DNA from: a virus
Taxonomy: Duplodnaviria; Caudoviricetes
Virus record (IMG/VR): IMGVR_UViG_3300035701_009376
Coordinates: 1 to 63,986 of that record
Reading direction: 5' to 3' (one strand)
Length of the DNA: 63,986 bases
In this document: piece by piece, positions 55,371 to 62,761 of the stretch
Position numbering within the stretch: position 1 is the first letter of the stretch
How the letters are laid out: every line of letters begins with the position of its first letter
The notes under the pieces: generated by a model
What the model saw: the letters and a program-made list of their open reading frames with translations, nothing else
The model's database searches: none
Told to the model about the DNA's origin: nothing
Program-made: the position numbers and the translations under genes

Positions 55371-56638
55371 CGCACATTCTGGTGAACGCCGACTGCCTCG
55401 ATTACCTCAACACGTCGCAGCAGTGGACCACACTGTTCGCCGACCCGCCGGACAACATCGGCCTGGGCTACCAGACCTACAAGGATAAGTTGCCCGACGA
55501 GAAGTACATCGACATGCTCCAGACCTGGTTGCACTTGTTCATCTACCGCGCGAAGACGGTCTGGTTCAGCTACAACGCGCGATGGACTTTCGAGGTCGGC
55601 CGCATCGTCTCCGGGATGCTTAGCCGGATTCGCGGCCTGGAAGCGAAGCCTTGCGTCCAGACCTTCACGTTCGGTCAGCATTGCCACCACGATCTGGGCA
55701 ACAACCACCGGCCGCTCTTGCGATTGCGCTGGCACGACGCCCCATTGAGGCCCGACGCAATCCGCGTTGCGTCATGGCGGCAGGAGAACGGCGATAAGCG
55801 TGCGGACCCGCGCGGCCGGGTGCCCGGCGACGTGGCTCAGTGTGAGCGGTACGAACGAGACACATTACCCCTACCAAACTGGACCGCCGACGATATTGAG
55901 CGGTTTCTGTCCAAGATCAACCGTGCCGGCGAGACGGACTGTTGGGAATGGACAGCAGGAAAACGCAGCGGATACGGACGCTTCCGCATTGGCGACAACC
56001 TTTACGTCGCCACACGACTCATGTGGCGACTGACGCACGGAACCGACCCGATCGGTCAACTGGTGTTGCACACCTGTGACAACCCCGGATGCTGCAACCC
56101 TGCGCACTTGTTTATCGGCTCCGATGCCGATAATGGCCGTGACAAGGAGGCAAAGGGCCGCGGCAAACATCCCATCGGCGAGCACAACGGATTAGCAAAG
56201 CTGAGCGATGAAGATGTAATCCGAATCTTCCAATCCACGGACACCAATGTCGCTTTAGCCCGGCAGTTTGGCGTTAGCGACGTAGCGATTAGCTCGATTC
56301 GCAACGGCTGTACCTGGCAGCACGTCACCAGCCGGATCGGACTCAGCGATGTCTTCAACTACCCTCGCGTGACCGGCAATAGCAAGCAGCGCCGCTCCTG
56401 GCATCCCACTCAGCTCAACGAGGGGCTGGTCGAGCGCTGCATCAAGTTCACGACGCCTGAAGGCGAGACAGTTCTGGACCCATTCGGCGGCACAGGAACG
56501 ACGCTTCGCGTCTGCCGCCGCCTGGGCTACCCTTGCACCCTCATCGAGATCGACGCCAGCTATTGCGCCGAGATCGCCAGGGAACACGGGATGAGGCGGT
56601 CGGAGTACATTCACCGCGCCTTATGGGAGATCGAATGA
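55367..56638 (+). CDS. DNA methyltransferase (beta-type) with an in-frame HNH insertion (about 55835-56353)
   Basis: ADPPD, HPTQL, VLDPFGGTGTT flank CWEW..VLHTCDNPGCCNPAHL..DN and an HTH. Confidence 0.85.
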   Translation: MTHILVNADCLDYLNTSQQWTTLFADPPDNIGLGYQTYKDKLPDEKYIDMLQTWLHLFIYRAKTVWFSYNARWTFEVGRIVSGMLSRIRGLEAKPCVQTFTFGQHCHHDLGNNHRPLLRLRWHDAPLRPDAIRVASWRQENGDKRADPRGRVPGDVAQCERYERDTLPLPNWTADDIERFLSKINRAGETDCWEWTAGKRSGYGRFRIGDNLYVATRLMWRLTHGTDPIGQLVLHTCDNPGCCNPAHLFIGSDADNGRDKEAKGRGKHPIGEHNGLAKLSDEDVIRIFQSTDTNVALARQFGVSDVAISSIRNGCTWQHVTSRIGLSDVFNYPRVTGNSKQRRSWHPTQLNEGLVERCIKFTTPEGETVLDPFGGTGTTLRVCRRLGYPCTLIEIDASYCAEIAREHGMRRSEYIHRALWEIE

Positions 56639-56868
56639 CCTGGCTCATTTCACACGACGCAAGCGGCTACCGAATCATCGACGCCGAAGGCAGGGAGCGC
56701 GGACGCTACCGCGGTGCTAATGAACTTGCCACCCACCTGGCCCTGGCGATCGGCGAACTGGATAGGCTGCGCCATCAAATCGCCACCGATCACTCCTTCG
56801 CCCACCTGGAGCGAGCCCCGGCGGAAGTGGCGACCTGGCCAGCGTGGAAGCGAAGGTTGCCTGGATGA
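56635..56868 (+). CDS. Hypothetical protein
   Basis: ATGA-coupled 77-aa ORF. Confidence 0.55.
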   Translation: MTWLISHDASGYRIIDAEGRERGRYRGANELATHLALAIGELDRLRHQIATDHSFAHLERAPAEVATWPAWKRRLPG

Positions 56869-56877
56869 TCTGTAACG

Positions 56878-57240
56878 ATGCTGATCGTCAAGATCGAACT
56901 TCATTCGGCCGTCAGCGGCGAGATAAAGACCGTCGCCACCGGCAAAATCGTCAACACCGGGACCGGCAGCCCCACGCAGGGCAACTACCGCATCGAATTG
57001 CGGGACGCCGCCGGCCGGCTCTGGAAGACCGGCCATATCGAGGGCTTCCCCCGCAAGCGTTTGCTCGCGTGGGATTTGCTGTACCGCGTCTTGAAGAAAC
57101 TTATCGGCGACCGAGATTCTACTCTCGTTTTGTCTCCGTTTCGCGTTGTTCCTAATGGAGAGCAACATGAACCATCAAACAAGGAACAACGCCATGATCG
57201 CCCAACTGTTGAATCTGAACGCCATCCTGAAGCGCCATGA
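56878..57240 (+). CDS. Hypothetical protein
   Basis: MLIVKIELHSA..IVNTGTG..GNY; the 3' tail runs across a promoter motif. Confidence 0.6.
   Translation: MLIVKIELHSAVSGEIKTVATGKIVNTGTGSPTQGNYRIELRDAAGRLWKTGHIEGFPRKRLLAWDLLYRVLKKLIGDRDSTLVLSPFRVVPNGEQHEPSNKEQRHDRPTVESERHPEAP
57122..57159 (+). promoter_or_regulatory. Phage promoter motif copy 4
   Basis: CTCTCG TTTTGTCTCCGTTTCG CGTTGT TCCTAATGGA before ATG 57167. Confidence 0.75.
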
Positions 57241-57523
57241 GATTCACCGGAAGTTCTGGCCGGAGATTCGCGCCCTCGTCGAAGACGGCCAGCGACCCAG
57301 CAGGGAGCTGCGGACCCGCCTGAACCACGTCAGCAACTACAAGGCGGCCGTGGCCGAGATCATCCACGAGTTGTCCAAGGGACTCGACCACCAGTTTCCG
57401 CCGCCGGAGTACCGCACGCCGGCCAACTACCAACTGTACGAAGAACCGTTGACGCCCGAGTCGTTGACGCCCGAAGACGTTGTGCTTGCGACTTCGGCGG
57501 GTGCGCCGTCCGTAGCCCGTTAA
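57167..57523 (+). CDS. Hypothetical protein
   Basis: GGAGAG RBS; 118 aa. Confidence 0.6.
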   Translation: MNHQTRNNAMIAQLLNLNAILKRHEIHRKFWPEIRALVEDGQRPSRELRTRLNHVSNYKAAVAEIIHELSKGLDHQFPPPEYRTPANYQLYEEPLTPESLTPEDVVLATSAGAPSVAR

Positions 57524-57642
57524 ACAACCAGACCCGCCGCCTCCTGAAACCTGGGTTGGCATTGGCTCCCGGTGCCAGAGCGCGTTGATCGACGGCTGGC
57601 ACTATCCCTCTTCTCTCACCGCAAGAAAGGATCGAACGCGAC

Positions 57643-57867
57643 ATGAACCCGACCGACTTCTTGGGCCGCGAAATCCGCCCTGGCGACCTGATCGTCTACC
57701 CGTGGCGGCGTGGCGCGCAGATGGGCCTGAACAAGCTGAATGTCCAGATGGTCACGCCCGAGGCCATCAGCGGCTTCAGCAACACCGGCCGCCCCGTAAA
57801 GATCACCAACCTGAAGAACGTGGTGGTCGTGGAGCACCCGCAAGTCAGCCAATCGGAGACCGTCTGA
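57643..57867 (+). CDS. Small hypothetical protein
   Basis: DFLGREIRPGDLIVY; AAAGGA RBS. Confidence 0.65.
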   Translation: MNPTDFLGREIRPGDLIVYPWRRGAQMGLNKLNVQMVTPEAISGFSNTGRPVKITNLKNVVVVEHPQVSQSETV

Positions 57868-57868
57868 C

Positions 57869-58078
57869 ATGCCGTTGTACGACTTGGAGTGCAGCGCGTG
57901 CGGCGCGACGTTCGAGGAGTTCCAGGCCATGAACCAGCCTCAGCCCACGCGCTGCGAGAAGTGTGGCAAGAAGAAGGTCCGCCGGGTGCTGCTGAAGCCG
58001 CCAGCAACCTACAACAGCTACTCGCCGATGCACCCGCGCAAGAATCGCGGCAGCGGCATCGGTCGGAAAGGGGTCTGA
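57869..58078 (+). CDS. FmdB-family zinc ribbon protein
   Basis: MPLYDLECSACG..FE..CEKCG. Confidence 0.85.
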   Translation: MPLYDLECSACGATFEEFQAMNQPQPTRCEKCGKKKVRRVLLKPPATYNSYSPMHPRKNRGSGIGRKGV

Positions 58079-58884
58079 TGGAGTTCGTCCGCAAACGGAA
58101 ACGGGGCCAGAACAAGAAGGTCCGCAAAACCTGGTTCTCGCAAGACGGCTACCGGATTGTCTGGCGCAAGGAGGTTTGGGGCGTCCGCGTGCCGGCTCGA
58201 TTCCAGGTTTGTGTGCGAACGCTAATCCCGTACAGCGACGGACAAACCCGGCAGATGTGGGAGTTCGTCAACCACAAACGCCGCCTAATCAAGACTCTGC
58301 GAGCCGCACAGGACGAGTGCGAGAAACACAAGCGCCTCTGGACGAAGGCGTGCGAGACCCAAGGCGTCCGGGGCTTAAAGGAACTATTCGGCGGCAAGCT
58401 GCCGAGCGGGATGCCCCTGTGGGCGCGAAAGAACATGGACCGCCGGCTGTACGCCATCTTGGTGGACAGCCGGCCAACGAAGTGCCGCGAAGACGAGGAA
58501 GACGAGACATGCACCGAGAGTTCGCAACCGGCTTCCGACGCATCCGGCCCCGGCGGTCCTACAAGAACTTCGGACACTTCTGCCTCGCCCACGGAGCCAG
58601 TTTCGGGAACCCCTACCCCTGCCTCGCCTGCCGAGGGCAAGGGACGGTCTACGACCCGAACGACCCGCCGTGCTCGGTCGAAGGCAACAAGTACCGACGC
58701 ACCATCGCCTGCACCGCCTGCGGAAGCTCCGGCAAAGGGACGAAAGAAGCCTGCCGCCAGGCGTACCAACAAGTCGTCGAAGCGTACCGGCAAGAGAAGG
58801 TCGAGTACGACCGCCTTGTCCAACTCCGGCACGAGGCGCTCAAGAGGCTCACGAAAGACGAAATCGCTGCCCTCCGGGAACTAG
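58078..58884 (+). CDS. Basic hypothetical protein; low-complexity tail overlaps the next gene
   Basis: TGATG overlap; MEFVRKRKRG... Confidence 0.5.
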   Translation: MEFVRKRKRGQNKKVRKTWFSQDGYRIVWRKEVWGVRVPARFQVCVRTLIPYSDGQTRQMWEFVNHKRRLIKTLRAAQDECEKHKRLWTKACETQGVRGLKELFGGKLPSGMPLWARKNMDRRLYAILVDSRPTKCREDEEDETCTESSQPASDASGPGGPTRTSDTSASPTEPVSGTPTPASPAEGKGRSTTRTTRRARSKATSTDAPSPAPPAEAPAKGRKKPAARRTNKSSKRTGKRRSSTTALSNSGTRRSRGSRKTKSLPSGN

Positions 58885-58892
58885 GGATATGA
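58509..58892 (+). CDS. DnaJ-type zinc finger (CxxCxGxG) protein
   Basis: CLACRGQG ... CTACGSSG. Confidence 0.65.
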   Translation: MHREFATGFRRIRPRRSYKNFGHFCLAHGASFGNPYPCLACRGQGTVYDPNDPPCSVEGNKYRRTIACTACGSSGKGTKEACRQAYQQVVEAYRQEKVEYDRLVQLRHEALKRLTKDEIAALRELGI

Positions 58893-59410
58893 GTGAGTTC
58901 TGTCCTCGCTGCACGGCACCGGTGGAGACCGGCCGAGACGACGACCGCTTGTGCGAGGTCTGCGGCTGGTTCGGCGACCGGCAGGAAGTCTTGCTGGCCC
59001 CGCCGCAAGACGACGTGTTCAATCCCGTGCTGGCCGCCGCGCAGACCCTTGAGTTGTACCGCGACGTGTGCCGCAAGGAACTGATCGCCGAGCAGATTTA
59101 CGATGCTGGCAGCGCCACGGAAGTGGACTTGTTCAAGGTAAAGATCGCCCGGCGGCACGCCGCTCACGCGATCGTCGAAATGTTCGTTGCCCTCCGCAAT
59201 CGCGTGGCGAAACAACAACTGAAGCGTATGAACGGCCGGGTCCCCTGGCCATCGAACTGGACCGACCGGCACTACAACGCCACCAACGATCCGTGCGACT
59301 TCCTGGTTGGGCCGTGCTCCTGCGGCGCTTGGCACCAGGAGCAGGAAGACTGGGTGCAAGCCATGCTCTTCAAGCACAACGCCGAGATCATCGACGGAGA
59401 CCCCTCGTGA
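58889..59410 (+). CDS. Zinc-ribbon hypothetical protein
   Basis: CPRC..CEVCGW; CD..GPCSCGAWH. Confidence 0.65.
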   Translation: MSEFCPRCTAPVETGRDDDRLCEVCGWFGDRQEVLLAPPQDDVFNPVLAAAQTLELYRDVCRKELIAEQIYDAGSATEVDLFKVKIARRHAAHAIVEMFVALRNRVAKQQLKRMNGRVPWPSNWTDRHYNATNDPCDFLVGPCSCGAWHQEQEDWVQAMLFKHNAEIIDGDPS

Positions 59411-60315
59411 GAAAACTCTGCCCGAAGTGTGAAGAACTGCTGAAGGTTGCCGACGACGGCACGGCCCATTGCAACGGCTGCGGCTGGTCCGGCCCGGCTT
59501 CCACGGCCCGCCGTGAGCCGAGCCTGCCGGCCACGCCACCAAAGATGCCTTACGTCTCCATCGACATCGAGACCACGGGCCTGAATCACGAGACCTGCCA
59601 GACGCTTGAAGTCGGGGCCGTGATTGACGATTGGAAGACGCCCATCGACCAACTTCCGCGCTTCCGGCGGGTACTGGTCTACGATACCGTCTCCGGTAAT
59701 CCTTACGCGATGGCCTTGAACGCGGCGCTGCTGAAGTTCATGGCGAACGCCCCGAAAGACCCGCCGCAGCCGGCACATGAGGCCGTGGCAACGTGGGCCG
59801 AGAAGTGCGCCATCACCCGGCCGCTCGATTCCGCCGTGCTCACGTTGGCAATCGACAACCAGCCGATCAACTGGTGGAACATCCCGAACAAGCTGCTTGT
59901 CGGCGGCCTTCAGCCGGCAATTCGAGAGAGCCTGATCGACTTGGCGGCCAATCCGCCGGGCACGAGTTGCTTCTGTCAGCCATGCGAGTTGGCCTTCCTG
60001 TTCCGGTCGTGGATCGTGATGAATGGCCTTGACCCCCTTAGCCTGCAAGCGGCTGGCAAGAACTTCGCCAGCTTCGACATGCAGTTTCTCTATTGGCTGC
60101 CGAACTTCACGGAAGCCGTGAGGTTCCGGCATCGCGTCTTGGACCCCGCCATCCTCTTCTGGCGTCCGCTGGAAGACGATCGCTTGCCCGACAGCAAGAC
60201 CTGCTACGAGCGGGCAGGGATCGGCAGCAAGGTCGCCCACACGGCGGTCGAAGATGCCCTGGCCGTCGTGCGGCTCGTTCGCATGGGTGTCAAACGCCTG
60301 GAAGGAATGAACTGA
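59407..60315 (+). CDS. Second DEDDh exonuclease with N-terminal zinc ribbon
   Basis: CPKC..CNGC; DIETTG, GKNFASFD, HTAVEDA motifs. Confidence 0.8.
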   Translation: MRKLCPKCEELLKVADDGTAHCNGCGWSGPASTARREPSLPATPPKMPYVSIDIETTGLNHETCQTLEVGAVIDDWKTPIDQLPRFRRVLVYDTVSGNPYAMALNAALLKFMANAPKDPPQPAHEAVATWAEKCAITRPLDSAVLTLAIDNQPINWWNIPNKLLVGGLQPAIRESLIDLAANPPGTSCFCQPCELAFLFRSWIVMNGLDPLSLQAAGKNFASFDMQFLYWLPNFTEAVRFRHRVLDPAILFWRPLEDDRLPDSKTCYERAGIGSKVAHTAVEDALAVVRLVRMGVKRLEGMN

Positions 60316-60384
60316 TACTGAGTGCGTGGTGTGATTCCTTTCGGTTCCGCTGGCCCGCCCGATGGTCACGGGCGGGCCAGCCTT

Positions 60385-60459
60385 GGCCCCGTCATTTCTA
60401 ACCGGTGAGGATACAGGCCCTTCAAGCCTGGGATGCGGGTTCGAGTCCCGCCGGGGCTA
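60385..60459 (+). tRNA. tRNA-Glu(UUC), no encoded CCA
   Basis: Acceptor GGCCCCG/CGGGGCT; anticodon arm CAGGC-CCTTCAA-GCCTG; T arm GCGGG-TTCGAGT-CCCGC. Confidence 0.8.
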
Positions 60460-60472
60460 TTTGGAGAACTTT

Positions 60473-60643
60473 ATGCCCAGTACCGACATCGACGGCACCG
60501 TGATTGTGATTCTCAGTGCGGCCGAGGCCCGCCGGGTTTATGAACACCTCCGCGCCATTGCCGGCGGCCCCGGTCTGGATGCCTTGGAGCACAGACTTGC
60601 CGATAAGATCGCCCGTGACCTGAACCTGCCAACCCTGGATTAG
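60473..60643 (+). CDS. Small hypothetical protein
   Basis: GGAG RBS; 56 aa. Confidence 0.55.
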   Translation: MPSTDIDGTVIVILSAAEARRVYEHLRAIAGGPGLDALEHRLADKIARDLNLPTLD

Positions 60644-60714
60644 CCGCGCGTCGGGCAAAGCCTGCGAAGGCTCCCGGAACCTATCGGAAATCTCTCTGCC
60701 TCGCTGATTTTCTA

Positions 60715-60752
60715 CTCTCGTTTTGTCTGGTTTTCGCGTTGTCCTTTGTAGA
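60715..60752 (+). promoter_or_regulatory. Phage promoter motif copy 5
   Basis: CTCTCG TTTTGTCTGGTTTTCG CGTTGT CCTTTGTAGA before ATG 60761. Confidence 0.75.
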
Positions 60753-60760
60753 GGCATCCC

Positions 60761-61168
60761 ATGAACAAGACCGCCAAAGCAACCGTGGAGTTGACAAAAA
60801 ACGACGAAGGCACCTGGCTGAACGTCGAGGTCGGCGGCCGGAAGGCCACCCTGTCGCTCAACAATAGCAACCACGGTCCATTGGTCAAAGACATCCTCGT
60901 CGAATGGGCTGAACGCCAATTCCATCCCACGGGAATCGGCAAGAAGGCCCTGGTGCTGGTCGGCGAGTGCCTGCTGGCGGGGCTAATGACCCTGCTGCTG
61001 GTCGGGATCATCGGCGGTGCCCTCTACCTTTGCTACGCCCACGCCGGCAGCATGGCCGAAGGGTTCGGCCTTGCCATCGGTGCGGGCCTGCTGGGCGGGG
61101 TAGTCCGCTACTTCAAGACCACCCGCCGGATGCTCAGCAAACTGACGGCCGGCAAGCTGTTTCAGTAG
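60761..61168 (+). CDS. Membrane protein
   Basis: Two C-terminal hydrophobic helices. Confidence 0.6.
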   Translation: MNKTAKATVELTKNDEGTWLNVEVGGRKATLSLNNSNHGPLVKDILVEWAERQFHPTGIGKKALVLVGECLLAGLMTLLLVGIIGGALYLCYAHAGSMAEGFGLAIGAGLLGGVVRYFKTTRRMLSKLTAGKLFQ

Positions 61169-61176
61169 GAACCATC

Positions 61177-61497
61177 ATGGCCACTACGCAGAAAATCAAG
61201 ATCGTTGACGAGAACGAGTACAACCGCGCCATGAACACGGGCGTCAGCTACCACCTGCGCCACGCCATCAGCGGGCGCTGGTATGCCGGCCGAGGCCGAT
61301 ACTCCGATGGCGAGCGGCGTGTGACGTTCCGCGGCCGACGCGAGGCGCGGCGCGCCATAGGGGCGTACTTCCGCAAGACCGAGAGCGTCTTCCTGGAACT
61401 GGTGCCCTTCTGCCTGGTGCCGCCCCGCCAAGGCCACGAGGCCGAGGCCGCGCGGCTGTTGGAAGTGGGACCGGAGCCGCTGGTCCCGAAGAAGTAA
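61177..61497 (+). CDS. Hypothetical protein
   Basis: AGGA RBS; 106 aa. Confidence 0.55.
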   Translation: MATTQKIKIVDENEYNRAMNTGVSYHLRHAISGRWYAGRGRYSDGERRVTFRGRREARRAIGAYFRKTESVFLELVPFCLVPPRQGHEAEAARLLEVGPEPLVPKK

Positions 61498-61532
61498 TCC
61501 CCGATCCCACTACCCGTGAGAGGCACCGCGAC

Positions 61533-61916
61533 ATGAAACTGGACCTGCTGAATCGCGTGATTACTGCCGCCGCCCTGGTCGCGTTAGCGATTACCTTGGG
61601 CGTCTGGTTGACCCGTTCCCCGCTGACCGCCGCACCGGCCGCCACGCCGGCCGTGGCCCCATTCCTGCCGCCGGCCAAACCTGTTCCGCCCGCGAAGGCC
61701 ATGCCCGAGCCGACGCTGGCCCCTCTGCCTCTCCCAGCCCCCGCCATCCCCACGACGGTCACGACCGAGGTGGAGATCGAGTTCGAGATCGCCCCTTTGC
61801 CAAGCCCGCCCACCCCAGTCGTGGCCGACCCGCCTCGCACCGAGCCGGCCGAGAATCCGCAGACGCCAGCCAATTGCCGGCAATACTTCCGCCGAGGCTG
61901 GTTCCGCCGCCGATGA
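61533..61916 (+). CDS. Pro-rich membrane-anchored protein ending RRGWFRRR
   Basis: N-terminal hydrophobic helix, Pro-rich body. Confidence 0.6.
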   Translation: MKLDLLNRVITAAALVALAITLGVWLTRSPLTAAPAATPAVAPFLPPAKPVPPAKAMPEPTLAPLPLPAPAIPTTVTTEVEIEFEIAPLPSPPTPVVADPPRTEPAENPQTPANCRQYFRRGWFRRR

Positions 61917-62269
61917 ACGCCGCGATCAAGCAACTCTTCGACGAGTACCTTCTCGACGCCAAAGACCCGGTGGCCGCCGCCGTGCTCGCTTTGGCAGACG
62001 TTCTCTGTCGGCCGACACCGGAGCCCATCGTCATTGAACCCGACGACAAGGGTACTTTGTCCGTGAAAGAAGCAGCGAGCAGGTTGAACATCAGCAGCAA
62101 GAAGGTCTATCAGATGTGCCTGGCGGGCCAACTGCGCTGCACCCGCATCGGCGGGCGCGTCCGCATCCCTTTGGATGAGATCGAGCGTTACCAAGCCGCC
62201 CGGTGTCACGAGCGGACTTCACTGCCCCCTCCTTCTTCAGGCCACCGCGTACCACCATATAACCCTTAG
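61913..62269 (+). CDS. Excisionase-like HTH protein
   Basis: LSVKEAASRLNISSKKVY..RIGGRVRIP. Confidence 0.8.
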   Translation: MNAAIKQLFDEYLLDAKDPVAAAVLALADVLCRPTPEPIVIEPDDKGTLSVKEAASRLNISSKKVYQMCLAGQLRCTRIGGRVRIPLDEIERYQAARCHERTSLPPPSSGHRVPPYNP

Positions 62270-62275
62270 AAGCCA

Positions 62276-62305
62276 TTGGACTCCTCCTCACAAGTATGGT
62301 AAGAT
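62276..62305 (+). promoter_or_regulatory. Host sigma70-like promoter for the HTH/integrase pair
   Basis: TTGGAC-like -35 and extended -10 TGGTAAGAT. Confidence 0.4.
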
Positions 62306-62329
62306 GGAGTTTAGCAGAGGTCTGAAGCC

Positions 62330-62761
62330 ATGACAGTCGATCTGGTCCGAACCATCATTCTTCGCAAGATGGACGAGTGCGACGCGGCTGCTGACCGCCC
62401 CGATCTACCGTGTCCTGATCCAGAGCCAAATGCCCGCCGAGGGTCGGAGATCGTGCAGGACGTTGGCAATCGCATGGCCCGGCTTGGCTTTGCTGAACTC
62501 TATGCGTTGAGCCGGGAGTATGTCCCATTCGCTCACCCGGATGAGGCCAAGGGGTATCTCTCCCAATGCTTGGCCGCCCTGCCGGAACCGCCCGCCATCG
62601 AGTCTCCCTACCTGGATTCCGGGAAGGCCGCGGCATACCTCGGCATCGACGTGAAACAGCTTTACCGGCAGGTCGAGTTGGGCAAGCTCAAGCCTCTCCG
62701 CGGTCCTCGAAACTCGTACCGCTTCACGCAAACGATGTTGGACGACTACCTTGGCAAGTGA
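62330..62761 (+). CDS. Excisionase-like HTH protein
   Basis: YLDSGKAAAYLGIDVKQLYR..YRFTQTMLD. Confidence 0.75.
   Translation: MTVDLVRTIILRKMDECDAAADRPDLPCPDPEPNARRGSEIVQDVGNRMARLGFAELYALSREYVPFAHPDEAKGYLSQCLAALPEPPAIESPYLDSGKAAAYLGIDVKQLYRQVELGKLKPLRGPRNSYRFTQTMLDDYLGK

Noticed and set aside
60414-60430. Reading the tRNA as a UCA (opal/Sec) suppressor
   Set aside because: The 5-bp stem fixes a 7-nt loop with TTC central, and there is no long variable arm
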